Shown: positions 26,929-41,779, counted from the first letter of the stretch. The stretch is 64,000 nt of DNA from Chrysomallon squamiferum (GCA_012295275.1 CM022669.1:12896001-12960000), one strand, 5' to 3'. Numbers and translations: made by a program. The notes: a model not told the origin generated them from the sequence alone.

Positions 26929-29158
26929 TTTTCTTGCAGTGTGTGTCTTGCAGGGCTGTGATTCAGTAAAAGCGAGACAGAAAACGATTCAGTGCATCAG
27001 GATATCACAGAGACAGTCTTTATCATAAACACACTGGTAGAGTCACAGTTTGGATTATATTTTCTAGTTTTCTTTTCTTTTTATTTTGTTCTGTTTCCAT
27101 TTTCCTTTTAGCTTTCTTTACCATTTTTCTCAGGTCCTTTTTTTATTTATTTTATCCTTTATAATTTTACTGCAGTTGTGAATGCCTTTAATGGCGCAGC
27201 GCTCAGCAATATTTCATAAACAAAGAAACACATTCCGACTTACGACAGAACGTAACCTGATCGTAAGTAACGAACTATATGTACTCGATATTTTACAAAA
27301 TCACAAACAATATATTTTTAACTCGTATTTTCTATGACCACAGTACGACATATAAAGCCCCTACACTGTCGATAATCACAAGGATTCTTTAAATATATAT
27401 ATCTACATAGACAAGGAAGCCATAGTATCTGTGATTCCGAAGCAGAGTACTAGCTGGAAATGGAAAACAGGTCGATGGCTGAAGTTATTAGTACTGATCC
27501 TGATGCCAAATACACATGATACGAGTGCGTTAACCATCGATCAGAGCCATAATAATTATTAAACTGATTTTAAAATTATAATATTTAACAAATGCTAATG
27601 GTTGCGATAGCATCAAAAAAAAAAAAATAATAATAATAACAACAGATTTTACAGTAGTAGTGATAGTAAGATAATAAAAGACGTAATAGTAATAGCAGTA
27701 GTAGCAGTAGTATTGGTATCACTAAAAGTAAGATAGTAATAGTAATAACAGAAGAAGTAGTTATAGTAGCGGATGGAGTAGCAGTAGTAGCAGCAGCAAT
27801 CGAAGCGGTAGTAATAGTGGTAATAGTAGTGGTGGTTGTTGATATCGTAGTAGCAGTATTGACAGCAGCAGTGGCAGTTGCAGCGCTAATAGATAGTTAG
27901 ATAAATAAATAAATAAATGCTTTCAAAATAATTCGTTGTAGAAATTCTGAAAAAAATAAAAATAAAACTTAAAAAACCCCAGAATAAAACTGAATTGAAT
28001 AAAATTAAAATTAAAAAAAAACAATTAATTAAATTAAAATAACATAAAATAAAGTAAAATAAAATAAAATAAAATAAAACACAATCAGGTAAGATAAAAT
28101 GCAAATAACCCTCTCCCTTCCACCAAGCTTTATAAAACACATAAAAAAAAAAAAATATCCGAATTAAAAAAAAAAAAAAAAAATTCTAACCTTTTACAGC
28201 AAGTCATTTTTCAGTGGCATATTTCTATTAATTTTTTATCGAATTTTATCTCATCTTTCAGCGTAAAATTACCTCTTATATCGCAAGTTTCACGTAATAA
28301 AGATATACGTGTCCGTTAAGAAATGATCCTGCATTAAATATTAATAACCAAGAAGTCTTAATGATCTAAAAAAAAGAAGAAAAAGAAGCACGCTTTATCT
28401 GTGTTTTGCTATAAAATTAAATTCGATGTGATTTTGCGCTCAGTGCGTTTTTGTCTAGCAAAAAGTATCTTACGACAGATAATGCATCTTACGCCAATAA
28501 TTAGAAGTATCAATGCCAGTTAGCAAACGCTAAGGAAACAGAGAAAAAATGAAATCTGTATAGAGCAGGTGTACTTGTTTTATCTTCGTTAGCCATCAGT
28601 TAAAGAATTCTGCCGCCGGACAAGTAAATTTATGTGTTCATTTGTCGTTGGAAAAACGAGATACGGAATCGTTCGCTTTAAAATTATTTTTCCTAGATAC
28701 GTGCACATACACTCGCACACACACGCACGCACAGACAGATGCATATAGTGAAGCACACGTACACATACAATAATGCAAATAAAAGGCACAACATCATAAA
28801 AAAAAAAAAAAATGAAATATATAAAAAAATTTTTACTTTGTTCTTCCTGTGGTTAAAAATGTCGGCTATACATTTCATGTTGGTGAGGATAAACTTAGTT
28901 GTTTTAGAAGGTGTTGTTTGCAGTACCATTGTAATTATTATTAGAAAGTACTAAACTATGCAAGTATAATTATTATATTCACCCAGTTTCATTTCGTTGG
29001 GATGTATTGCTGTAAGGATACTTTTTTCTATCTAATCTTTGGAGATTTCTTTATTGCAAATGAAGTGGCATAATTTATTAAATTTTATCCGCAGTGATAC
29101 TGCGACTAAATTACGACATTTGCATCCATTAAAACGTCTCTGCATATATTTTTTTATT

Positions 29159-29190
<32 letters not shown>

Positions 29191-29438
29191 AAAGAAGAAA
29201 GAAAAAAAGAGGCCCATTTACAAGGTAGTTAATTTCAGAAATTTGAATTTTAGCCAGCGTATAAATTAATAAGGCATAGAATGTAACCTTTTGATATTTA
29301 AGCTTTACAAAGGATAATTTTTTCAGGAAACCGAAATTAATCGAAAATAACGGTTTATAATCTTTATTACACTAATTTGCGAAATCAGGATAATTCGACA
29401 GTAAATGTTTTTTACCGGTCGATGTAGATAAGACAAGG

Positions 29439-29484
<46 letters not shown>

Positions 29485-29516
29485 GTCATTATTATCATTC
29501 ATCATCATTATTATTA

Positions 29517-29592
<76 letters not shown>

Positions 29593-29997
29593 CATTCTTA
29601 TTACATCTTAATTATATGACAGTTTTAGGTATTACCAGAACACACATATTTCGTGTGGATTTTGTAGACAAATACAAAACTGGGTTATCAGAAATAACAG
29701 ACGGATGAGCATAGCCAGAAGAACAGAGAGACTTCTTTACTAAATTACTGCAGTTTAAATAGAAAGACAGGCGACAAGCAAAGGTAATTACAGGAATAAA
29801 GACGAGTAATGTATGACATTGTAAAGGATTGTTTTATATCTGTGTGTCTCTGATTAAAATCACATAGCAGAGACAACTACATACGATTCCTAACCTTAGC
29901 TCGATAATAAAACAGAAATACGTTAATGAACGAATGAATGAATTGAATGAATGAATGAATGAATATGTAAGTATGATAAGAAAAAAAGAAGAAGAAG

Positions 29998-30297
29998 AAT
30001 TCAGTAAATAAATAAAATAAATAAATGAATAGACAGATAACTAACTGACTAACTAAGTAACTAAATAAATAAATTTCATATAAATTTCTTAAATAAATTT
30101 AAATAAAATAAAACAATAGCATACATGCCAATATTAAACAACAAACTGACATCTCAGCATGGAAATTCAGTAAATTAATAAAATAAATAAATCAATAGAC
30201 AGATACATAGATAAACAAATAAATAAATTTAATAAAATAAAAATAAAATAAAATACACGCCAATATTAAATAACAAACTGATATCTAGGCATTGAAA
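29998..30297. repeat. Local tandem duplication, two diverged copies of about 130-165 bp
   Basis: aattcagtaaat...aatagacagata and atacaYgccaatattaaaYaacaaactgaYatct each occur twice in the same order. Confidence 0.75.
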
Positions 30298-30341
30298 CCA
30301 TACATTTGTTAGGTAATGACGTATATAGATAAGTCGTAAGA

Positions 30342-30406
<65 letters not shown>

Positions 30407-30719
30407 GTTTATGTGATTATTTCATATAAATGAAATACAGAGATAAAAAAGATAATCGGATATGCCTTTGCTATCAGGTTTTCAGATATAAAAACCCATT
30501 ACTGCAATGTAACTATATTTCAAAAAAGAAAAGAGGTTCATTACATGTACAAGAAAATGATGGATGATGATGATGAAGAAGAAGAAGAAGAAGAAGAAGA
30601 AGAAGAAGAAGAAGACGAAAATGAAGAAAACTCGCTCCAACCCCCAAAAACATAATAATTAGGGACCTGCACAATGTGCTTTTCTGGTTTTGTTCTGCGT
30701 GATATACCTGTTGGCTTAC

Positions 30720-30933
30720 CTTTAACGGTCAGTAACATGTGATATCGTAGATGTCTCACTTTGGAAGAAATCTGACATTCGTACACCCCTGAATCCTCCA
30801 GCTGAACGTTCTTAATCAGTAGATTCCATTCATTTGTCATAGGGGGGCGTTCCACCGTTATCCTGTTGTCGTCCACAAACGTCATTGTTCCCACTGTCAA
30901 GGGATTTGTGTCCGCCGCCCTCCGCCAACCAAC
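30720..30933 (-). CDS. Dpr/ZIG-8-like gene, exon encoding the C-terminal half of Ig1
   Basis: ttttctcttgcag|GTTGGTTGG...AAAG|gtaagc. 214 nt, phase 0 to phase 1: VGWRRAADTNPLTVGTMTFVDDNRITVERPPMTNEWNLLIKNVQLEDSGVYECQISSKVRHLRYHMLLTVK. Has the W.R, LTVG..TF..D.R, WNL.I and DSG.YECQIS motifs typical of Dpr/ZIG-8 Ig1. Confidence 0.95.
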
Positions 30934-33486
30934 CTGCAAGAGAAAACAACGTCATAATGGTGACAATGCTATGACGTAATAATAATAATAATAATAATAA
31001 TAAACGGCGTTAAAGAAGGAACGTTGCTGAAAATAGTGTAAAATTACCAAGTAATGACGGTAAAATAGCATAAGGTGAGAAATTATTTTGAAGAAAAGTG
31101 TTAATGTTGTTGCAGATTTATTAGTATTATTGTCGTTTGTATTATTGTTCTTATTAGTATTATAGGCTAACCGTAATAATAATAATAATTGTCAAGCAAC
31201 ACAAAATTAAAAATAACAGTAGTGATGATTTTTTTTTCTTATTATTTATTTATTGATTTATTTACTTTTATTTATATTTATTTACTATCAATCAAAGAAC
31301 ACATTACTGGATTCGTTCCACGGACCTTTGGCGTCGTCTATAGTGCAACTTTATTAGTCTTTTTATTTATTTATTTATTTATTTATTGTTTGTTTGTTTG
31401 TTTTTCTTCCTTGTTTTCTCTTAATATTATTTCTCCTTTTTTAAAAATTTGTTTTTGTTTGTTTTGCTCTTTTTTCCTCATTGTCGCATTCAAATGAAAG
31501 CTAATTGTAACAGAACCGTTGCTAAAAGTTCAACATCGCAAACTCTCGTGTGGGTAATGATGTAAGGGACCGAGAATAATTGAGTCTGATTTATATCCTC
31601 AGTGGGGGATCGAACCGTGTACCCTTCATTTAGCAAGGTCTTCCATCATCACGGGCTCATACATTCCATTAGACGTATCCTCTGTCCTAGTCAGACGTTC
31701 GTATAACCGATCTGACAGCTCCGTTCCCTCTAGGACAGTTAGACAAAAGTAATAAGATGATTGTATTGAAAATGACGTTATTTACAGTCCAATATCAACG
31801 GAGTCACAGACGTCGTAACCGGCGTTGTGAAAGACTCATTGAAGTAATAAGCACGCCTTCGTACGCAGACGGCGATAATATCCTTCGGTCACTTAGTCTG
31901 TGTGTGTCTTCGGGGGGTGGGGGGGTTTCGCTTAATGGAGCCTTCCAGGTAAAAAAGCGAACAGTCTTAAATATCGAATGACGTTAAACAAATAAAAATT
32001 ACGTCAAGGAAGCTTGGGTCGCCGTTCGTCATTTTCCGCCGTGTTTTGCAACCCGCCATCGCGGGTTAGTCTTTGTCATATCCAGACGTTTATTTTGACA
32101 AATGACTGGAAGCAACCGAGACTTAATATAGTCTCGTTCTTCGAGAAGTGTTTTCTACGAAACAAGAGAATAATGGAATCGTGACTGGCTTTTTAGTAAT
32201 GTTGTCTTAATAACGAACGAAACAAGATGTTTGCGTGTGCGATTTAATTTCGATTTACTAAGAAATTTTAACCGTGCTTGTTATTTGATTTGAAAAACAA
32301 AAAAATCGTAATGTTTAGTAAATAACACATTATGTTACACCAATATTAAGATATAACATTATTATATTTAATATTCGTGGAATACATATATTCTTAGTCA
32401 TTCAAACACATTATTGTATAATAAATAATACGGGTAAGTTGGTTATATAAATAAACAAGTTTGCCTATATAACGTCATATACACTATAACCTTCCATAAA
32501 ACTTGATTGTTTTATATGACAGTAGAGCTGTATGTAGGACGTTGTCTACAACGTGGTATCAGAGGTGGCGCAACGTGTAGGTGTGATCACGTGACCTCTG
32601 GTCTCACAAGAGAACTGAAATAGTGACTTTTGACTATATTGTGATTACACAGTGATAGTAATATCGAATGTTGCATATTCGGCAACAGCTGAATTATTAT
32701 TATACTGATCGAAACAAGTTAGGGATCATAACATACTTTTATTGGTCACATACCGACTGTAGAGAGTTATAACGTTTAAAACAAAAACTGAATTTTAATT
32801 CTTGTAGTTCATAGAATATATTCCTACCTTTTTTTATCATTGTAATACTATATTTTTTTTCTAATTATCATTATCGTCATCATCATTCATTCATTGTTAT
32901 ACATAATTATTTTCTGCATCTTTCACGTTATTTTTTTATCATCATTATCGCCAACGTCAGCAGTATCATCATCATAATTACCATTTATTATTCATTAATG
33001 TCTTGTGAAAAATCACGTACCACAGAAAATAAAATCAATTCTAACTTACTTTTTTTTCCACAAAAAAAAGTTGAACAAAAAAACAAAAAAAATAAAACAA
33101 AATGTGAGAATATATGCATAATATATAGTCAGAATATTTGTCACTTTTTTTTTTAACCAGCTCTGCACTAATTCCAATTTGGCAAAGAAAGATTACCCAT
33201 TGTTCAATGGCATGATTTAATTTTCCTGGTGTTAATGTTTTTTTGTTGTTGTTTTTTTTTTTTTTTTTTTTTCCACCGACTCTTAAACGATAATTGATTT
33301 TGCTTGAAAGAAAGAAAATAAACACAGGAATGGAAAAAGGTAGTAAATGCGTGAGAACAGAAACTGGCGGCACCTAAAGGCAGACAGACGCAAAAGACAC
33401 GTGGTAGAATGCAGAAACAAGAGATGTCAATTACGTCGGGCTATTTTTTTGTTTCTTCGAATTTGTCTTCTTGTGGCTGAAGACGA

Positions 33487-33900
33487 CAACGTGTAGCTTA
33501 GTGGTTAGAACGTGAGATTAAGGAATGATAGATGATCTTTACAATACTTCTCGGTCCTGGTACTAGACAATGTCTCATTTCAGCCAATGTCAGCGTGAGA
33601 TTAAGGAATGATAGGTCGCCTTTTCAATTCGTCTCAGGTCTGCTACTAGACAATTTCTCGTTCCAACCAGTGTCACTCGACTGTGCAATCAAAGGACATG
33701 GTAGGTGCTTATTCTCGCCTAGTCTGTTCTTCTCGGGCCTGCTATCATGTAATTTCCCGTTCCAGTGATATCACTCTATTGTATTATCAAAGATCATGAT
33801 ACCTGCTACAGTTTCTTTAGGAGGGTGCATATAAAAATATTCCTTGTTATTAATCGAAAACAAGTAGCCCAGCGTGTGTTTGCAAGAAACTTCATTCCAG
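33487..33900 (+). mobile_element. Degraded tRNA-derived SINE (MetaSINE-like core) with internal duplications
   Basis: A-box-like TAGCTTAGTGG at 33494. The body (TTTCTCGTTCCAACCAGTG...ATCAAAGGACATGGTAGGTGCT...GGGTGCATATAAAAATATTCCTTGTTATTAATCGAAAACAAGTAGCCCA) resembles, from memory, the molluscan MetaSINE central domain. Family assignment needs a database check. Confidence 0.6.
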
Positions 33901-34030
33901 TGCCCACATTAAATTGTGTCTATAGCAAAAAATTTAAGTAAACAATTATTCCTTTCCAGCCTTCGGGTAATTTTATTACATCATTAACAAGTCTTTTTTT
34001 TTTAAATATTTTTCTTTCTTTCATCCCATA

Positions 34031-34120
<90 letters not shown>

Positions 34121-35035
34121 AGAAGAAGAAGAAGAAGAAGAAGAAGAAGACGAAGAAGTCAGGAAGAGAAGGATGATAGAGGACAAGAGAGACGAAGAGA
34201 AAATTCTCAATTTTTCTTGGTTATTTTCTCTATTCAATTAAACTGAATCTTATAAAAATATTCTTGTCAAACACGACTGGCTTTCACGCTTTCGACTTTT
34301 TGGTTTTTCATGTTAAATTGCTCCATTCACTGCACATTAGCTCGTCAAATTATTTTCACCCATTGTCAACTATTCATGCTCTCAAATCACTTACGTAAAC
34401 TGCATCTCAAACACCGCGGCCCTTTCACGCGTTCTTCAAGCAGCTATCGCCTCTTTAAACACCGAGAAAAAGCGGCTGTGGAAGCAAAATAAACTCAAAA
34501 TGAGCTGCAGTGACAGGAGATCGATAACCAGCAGATATATGTTGTGAAATTATAGATTTAATAACGAGTCAATCGGTTAATGTACACAACTAATGAGCTT
34601 CACGATCTGCCCTGTTTTGCAGCTTTTTTTTTTTAATTATGGTAGCGTTTTACGTGTACATTTTTAAGAATGGTTCTTTCAGTGATGTTTTCTGTGTGGA
34701 TCTTAATTTCATGTTTATCGCTTGAATTTTTATAGTTATATGTTTGATAGACAAGAGTTGTGCTGTTAGGTAATCGTAAACACAACAACTTTTCGTATTT
34801 GTGATAAGATGCAATCACGTTTCCACGGAATTTATTTTGTTTTGCATCATGCTGAACAGGACTGGTGTTTTAGATGTAAGAACACAGTTAATATGCAAAA
34901 TGTTTTATCGCTCAAGGCATATAGGTTCAATGTCCAAATTGTTCATTCTGGTTTGCGTATCAAATATGTGACCATCCCAATGAGTTAGCAGAAGTGATGC
35001 AAACATAACTTTTAAACTAATCAATAACTAAGTCA

Positions 35036-35082
<47 letters not shown>

Positions 35083-35389
35083 ATATTTGAAAATTAAAAA
35101 TAAAATAAAATAATAATAATAATAATAATAATAATATAAATACTGTAATAGTTTTTCTGCTACGTAAGTTGATTTTCCCGAACCATGTTACGTTTAATTT
35201 CATAGTAAACTTATATCACCTAATTAAAATTTAACGCACACAGTCTAATATTAGAATTCTGCATCTCTACAATAGCAGTATATTTATTAGTGGAAATATG
35301 AAAATTCTAATGATCCATGTAATTAAAGTGTATTATATATAACATGAGTCGTTGTTGCTAAGTGAATACACGTAAATCAATGAATGGTA

Positions 35390-36112
35390 CAGTATACCCT
35401 CACCTGTTCGCGGTTCCCCATTCGCGGCCCCGCATATTCACGGGTTAGGCTCTTAACCCTATCGCATCGTATGCTGGTATACCAGGCTAGCGTCATAACG
35501 TCATAAAAACAAATGCTCGGTAAACCGCACAAACAATATCAAATTTTTTCAATTATTATTTCAATACAGTACGTATTTTTTTATAAATGCATACACTGTA
35601 TGTACAGTGCATATTTTTTGTGACCGTGTATTAATAATGTTTTTAATTGCATATTATTACTGAATTGTATTATTATTACCTGAACTGTGCGTACTGTATT
35701 TATCTGTCTGTTTGCCTTTAAATTTGTTCCACTTTCTGTCAATTCTAATACATATGTTGTACGCATAGAAAATGACTTTACGGTACAGTAATACTGTATG
35801 GGTAACTATGCTATGCGGTGTTACTGTCCTCCTGTACTTACGTTTCTTTCTGATTAAAATATTGTTTCAGTACAAAATTAAAATGCGTTTACATTATCAT
35901 TACTACATTAGTGAAATACATAACTGCATGCAATATTACTACATTATTACTGTATTAATGAGTAAAAGTGTCTTTAGAAAGTGTTTGGGAAGCATTTAGT
36001 ACCGTATATAATCTCATAATAGACGTTTTAAAACTGCATCCAATATTCGCGGTTTTTCGCTATTCGCGGGTGGGTAAAGAACGTAACCCCCGCGAATAGC
36101 GAGGGAATACTG
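35390..36112. mobile_element. Non-autonomous Tc1/mariner-superfamily (pogo/Tigger-like) MITE, 723 bp
   Basis: TA on both sides (35388-35389, 36113-36114). Imperfect TIRs CAGTATACCCTCACCTGTTCGCGG and reverse-complement CAGTATTCCCTCGCTATTCGCGG. Repeated subterminal TTCGCGG motifs, a 14-bp subterminal hairpin (TCGCTATTCGCGGG...CCCGCGAATAGCGA) and an AT-rich non-coding interior. Confidence 0.85.
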
Positions 36113-36158
36113 TATTTGTACGAACGTAAACCAACCTCATTAAAAAAATAAATAAATA

Positions 36159-36228
<70 letters not shown>

Positions 36229-38822
36229 TAAAATTAAATTAAATTAAATTAAAAATATTAAAAATATTAAACAAAAAAGTTTAAAAATTTAAAAATTAAA
36301 TTAGTGTACGTCGTTTTTTGTTTTCTTCATTTTTTTTAATACGTTTTTTTTTTGTTTTTTGTTTAGTGATTCATATTCTGGACCCACTACTTATTACTAA
36401 ACACATTTGATCTGTTCAAACAATGTCATCTGGTTTACATCACAGTCTAGACTCCACTGCTAATATGCGATTTCCTTTTCACAGCAATATTTCCTCTTAC
36501 TTTTTATAAAGAAAATACTTCTGTTTTAAACCCAATCATTTTTACATGAATGACTAATTCAAATTACATTTTTATTTAACATACATGGTTGTTTTTTTTG
36601 CTGACTGTCTATTTTATTTAGCATACCGTGTGGGTTTTTTTTTTTTTGGGGGGGTTGTTTTTTTCTGACTAACTGATTCAAATTATTTTTTATTAAAAAA
36701 AAAAAAAAGATCTTCTTTCTTTTTAGCAGACAGCATGATGTTATTTTCTTCTTCTTCTTCTTCTATTTTCTTCCTTTTTTATAAAAAGAAAATACTTGTG
36801 GCTTAGGAATGATCCTCACATTGTCCTTAATACTGGGACAGCCAATTCGATTTGAATGCGACGTCATCAGAACCGTACAAGCGAACATCAAACGCGATGA
36901 CTCCCAATAAAATCATATTGTCTGAAGCACCAGTCACGACATTTCGCCATTTTATGTGACTTTCCTCGTAAAACAGTCTAACTCAGTTTTCCAGTGCCAT
37001 TTCCGAAATACTCAAGACGTTTCCATAGAGTTTTTGATCATGGTATACAAATTTAATATGTAAATTTTTGTTTTTATATATTTTCTGTTACTCGTATAGG
37101 CAGCACGAAAAGTTGCAGACATCGCGAATAACGGAAGATGGTCTTGAAAGGATTAAAAGAAAATGTGAGTTTTAACGAAACGACGATTTCTAGTAACGTT
37201 GTTAGTTTATGGCTTGATGCTTTTTTGATATTTATTTATGTTGTTGTGCTGAAGAACATCAAGATAACACGCAGAACAGCTCAGAATATCGCCAACGAAG
37301 CTGTACAATTATCAGAAAATAAAATACAACACAAGAAAACACACAAATCCGTCAACATCGTGTCTATACCGGTATTTCATGTTTCTTCTCTTTGTTTTAT
37401 TTTGAAAACTGCGTCATACACTAAACAAAACAAACTGAGGTACAGTTTTATATTTCATCTATTTTTATTTTTTATTTATTTTATTATTTTTTTGTTTTAG
37501 AAAAATATCCGCCAAAAAGAAAATAGATTATGTACATGTTAAATGAACTTAGATACTGTGAATTGCATTTTGAATGTATATTAGTATTTTGTACGCAGCT
37601 AATATGGAAACCTGTTGAAAATAAACATAAAGGTTTCAAAAAATTATAAAATAGTCAGATTTATGAAGCTGAATTTTGTGATTCATAAGGCCACTAATTG
37701 AAAATCTACTTAGTACACGTTAAACCCCATATTTACATTAACATTTGTCTCGCTTAATTACGTAGATATGTGGATATAAGTATCATAGAATTCGGTTTTG
37801 ATATACCAAAACTTAAAATGGGCAATCTGTACCATTGCCGATACCCAAGTATTCATATGACCAAACAATGGTGTAACTATGTGAACATCGCATAGCTGTC
37901 TTGTAGTTAGCTGTAAGTCGAGTTTTCAAATGAGTATTTCCATATAACACGCTGAGCGACGGAGCAGATTCAATACAGACGAAGTCTTCACGTGTCCCTT
38001 AACTTTTTGTGATTAGTATATTTACACACATCACTCTGCTTCGTGCATTTTCTTATACGATCTGTTTTTCTTTCTAGAGATTTTGATTTGTGACTTGGGT
38101 AAACATAAATCCAAAGTACAAATACAGTCAATACAACATGACCCAATACTTTTATTTATGCTTCTCTCTTGTGCGCTTTCAATGCAGATCGTTCTTTTTT
38201 CCATTTCTTTTCTTTTTTTTACATCTTCTTCTCCTTCATTCTTCGCCTTTCCTTTTCTTTTGTGTGGTGTATTTTTCTCTCTCCTGACAGTAAGTGAATC
38301 TGTGCTCAGCAGATCAGAAAGACTGCTCTCGTCTGTTTAAAACATCTGTCGATATTAAAGTAATTCGCTTAATTTACCGCTCTTTAATGATTTCGATAAC
38401 ACAGACTTGCCTCCCCTTTGGGAGTAATGACATCAGCGATTGATACCCAGTCTCGTTCCGCCCTCAGCTCCTCGCTAGATAACTCGACAACTCTGTTTTA
38501 TTTTTACAGTCTCGCCTTTTACTCCAGTCAGATTATTCAGTGTATGTTTGTGTGTGTGTGTACGAGTGTGTGTCTGTGCGGTCAGTGTGTTTATGTGCGT
38601 GTATGTATATATGTCTGTCTGTCTGTATGTATGTATGTATATGTGTGTACGTATGTTATCTGTGTATGTGTCTGTGTATGTGTGTATGTGTGTGTGTATT
38701 TATAGGTATGAGTGTGTGAGTATATGTCTATCTCATTTTCTCTCTCTTTCTCTATATCTCTCTCTCTCTCTATCTCTATCTATCTATATCTATCTCTCTC
38801 TCTGTCTCTCTCTCTCAGTGAC

Positions 38823-38909
<87 letters not shown>

Positions 38910-39393
38910 TGCATGCTTAGGTGGACTAATGCATTTATTTATGACGTAATAACTGTTAATTTATCTACTAACTGTTAATATGTCCAGTAAGACGGTTCAG
39001 TTTATTAAAATTGATTTCCGATACGTGTCACTATAGACAAAACAAAACAAAGTATCATCTTAGAAACGGAAGAGTTTTATCAATTTTTCACTCAGAGACC
39101 TTCCTTTCCAGTTCATTTAGATACAAACTGTAGATTTTTTCTTCAGTTATTAATATTACTCGTATATCATCATTTCATTCCATGTGTGTTGGCAGACATC
39201 TACGATAGCTGTAACTGAACAAAGAAGACAGACCAGTCATGTTATTATTGCTGTCATAAACTATCAGTCTTGCGTACGTATTTTTAAAGGAAAGAGATAG
39301 AGAAAGAAAAAATACTGATATATTTAGATAGATAGATAGATGGATATGTGGATAGATAGACAGAGACAGAGAGAAAGAAAGCGAGAGACCGAA

Positions 39394-39474
<81 letters not shown>

Positions 39475-39928
39475 TATATAAAGAATGAAATCTAGTAAAT
39501 TAAATTAAATTATAATATTAGCTTTTAAAAGACGAGAGAATATATGTGTGTGTGTGCGCGCGCGCGCATGTTTTTGTATTTTTCTCTGTACGCATGCACG
39601 TGCATCTCTGTGCATGTTTGTGTATCCTCAGTGCACTGTCTCATGCAGTTCATCGTGGTGTTTTTATTTCGCTGAGACAGAATCATTATTTGCACCCACT
39701 TCAAGTGTCATCTGGTGCTCTCCGTGCAGGACGCGATTCCTCGCAGCTCTTCTGTGTTAGTTAAACAAACACATCACAGCCTGTCTGCATCATTAACATC
39801 ACCGAGAAACACTCGAAGTCGAAAAAAAAAAAAAAAAGAGTGAAAAGAAACACGCTGTAATAATATCAATAAGCTTGTTGTTGACTCCGACAAGCGAGGC
39901 GTGCAGTGTTAAACGTTTAAACAATAAC

Positions 39929-39969
<41 letters not shown>

Positions 39970-40010
39970 TGTATTGCAAAGTCCAGTCACGACCTCACAA
40001 ACCCATTAAA

Positions 40011-40093
40011 TGCCGCTGACGAGACTCGAACGCATGCACCTTTCGCCCGCACTCCGAAGGCGAACGACGTTAGCGTTCGGCCTTCAACACAAC
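40011..40093 (-). pseudogene. tRNA-like remnant (SINE head or tRNA pseudogene)
   Basis: Minus strand has A-box-like GGCCGAACGCTAA, an internal TTCGCC...GGCGAA stem and B-box GTTCGAGTC. The acceptor and T stems pair poorly. Confidence 0.35.
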
Positions 40094-41217
40094 TGTAAAA
40101 AAAAACATGCTCAATAACCGAAGACGTGCTTCACAACAGCTTGCTCTGATTAGCACGTTAATTTTTTAATTTTTTTCATAACCGAGGGCACTTATCGTAT
40201 GTATGTATGTATGTATGTATGTATGTATGTATGTATGTATGTATGTATGTATGTATGTATGTATGTGTGTATGTATGTATGTATGTATGTATGTATGTAT
40301 GTATGTATGTATGTATGTTGTATTAATGTATGTATATATGTATATGTGCATCTATGTATGTTCGTGTTTATGTACGTATGCATTTTACTATATAAATATA
40401 CACATATCTCTATATCTTTCTCTATGTTTCTTCAGTAAACTATGTAATTAGTTTGCCTATATATTTGTGTGTTTTATATCGAAGCTAAAATCTAGATTAC
40501 TATTATTTCTTCGCTTTCCATTCGCTGTCTAAAATAACCAGTTTTCTTCCTCCGAAATGTGTCTCACTTTTCCATAATTATGAATATTAATATCGCCTGA
40601 ATTAGTCATATCAGAGAATTTATGAAATCCATTTATCAGGGTCTTGGAAACTATCATTAGTAACATTTATTACTAACATACGATATCTTTGAAGAAAAAC
40701 AGGAAAGTGTTTTGTGATAACTTCGGGCGATGTCTACGTTTAGGTCTATTAAACAAGCATCTGTAATGATAGTATTCGAAATGTAATAATGTATTCGGCA
40801 TTGCCTTGTTTGAAATGCGTGTATATAAAAGATAGATTAAGATAGTTTCTCCGTAGACAAATTAAAAACGTCTTCGGCTTTCTTGGCGTCGGTGTGACAG
40901 TTTTATTGCAGTTTCTCTAAATCGTTACAACCATCTTGATGCATTCCATACATTCAGCTACAACGACGTCACTCCCACACATGGTACATCACGTCATATT
41001 ACAATCATGTGTTTCTTGCTACTGTTATTTACTGGCGTTATTTTTTTAATTATTATTATTATTATTATTTACTTAGTTAGTTATTTGGTTATTTATGTAT
41101 TTGTGTATTATTAGATTGTTGCTGTCGTTATTACTGGTGTTTTGTTGTAGATGCTGTGGTTGCTACTGTTGTTGTTGTTGTTGTTGTTTGTTATTATTAT
41201 TATTATTACTATTATTA

Positions 41218-41264
<47 letters not shown>

Positions 41265-41779
41265 TAGATTGTTGCTATCCTTATTATCGGCATTTTGTTA
41301 TTGATGTTATGGATATTTTGTTATTGTATTTATTTTTATTATTACTACTACTATTGTTGTTGTTGTTGTTGTCGTTAATACTGATGTTGTTATTATCACT
41401 AGTCTTATTATTGTTGTTTTTAGAATTAAGTGTAATCACTGTTGTGTATTGTTTTTAGATATATAATATACTGCCGTACACGACAAATACATCTCTATCA
41501 AAACTGTTTTGTTTTTAAATAAATTATAAGCCGCTATTCACAAATATTTCTGTTAAATGTCAGTTTATTCTGCCCTATCTGTAGGTGTGGTTCAAAGCAT
41601 ATATCTCGTCGCCTCTTTGTTCTCAATAATATTTACTTTCGCGGCGAAAGTCTTGTGCTGGCTTTGATATCCACAGACGTGGTGACTTTGGCAACGCCTA
41701 TGTCGAGTTACGTTTGTTTGTTCGAATGCACAGTTATGGTATTTTCTCGAACTTGTTTAACATGGAATATTTATTTTTG

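Noticed and set aside
32554-32565. TGGTATCAGAGG resembling a tRNA-Met primer-binding site
   Set aside because: No LTR pair, no adjacent TG...CA boundary and no gag/pol remnants.
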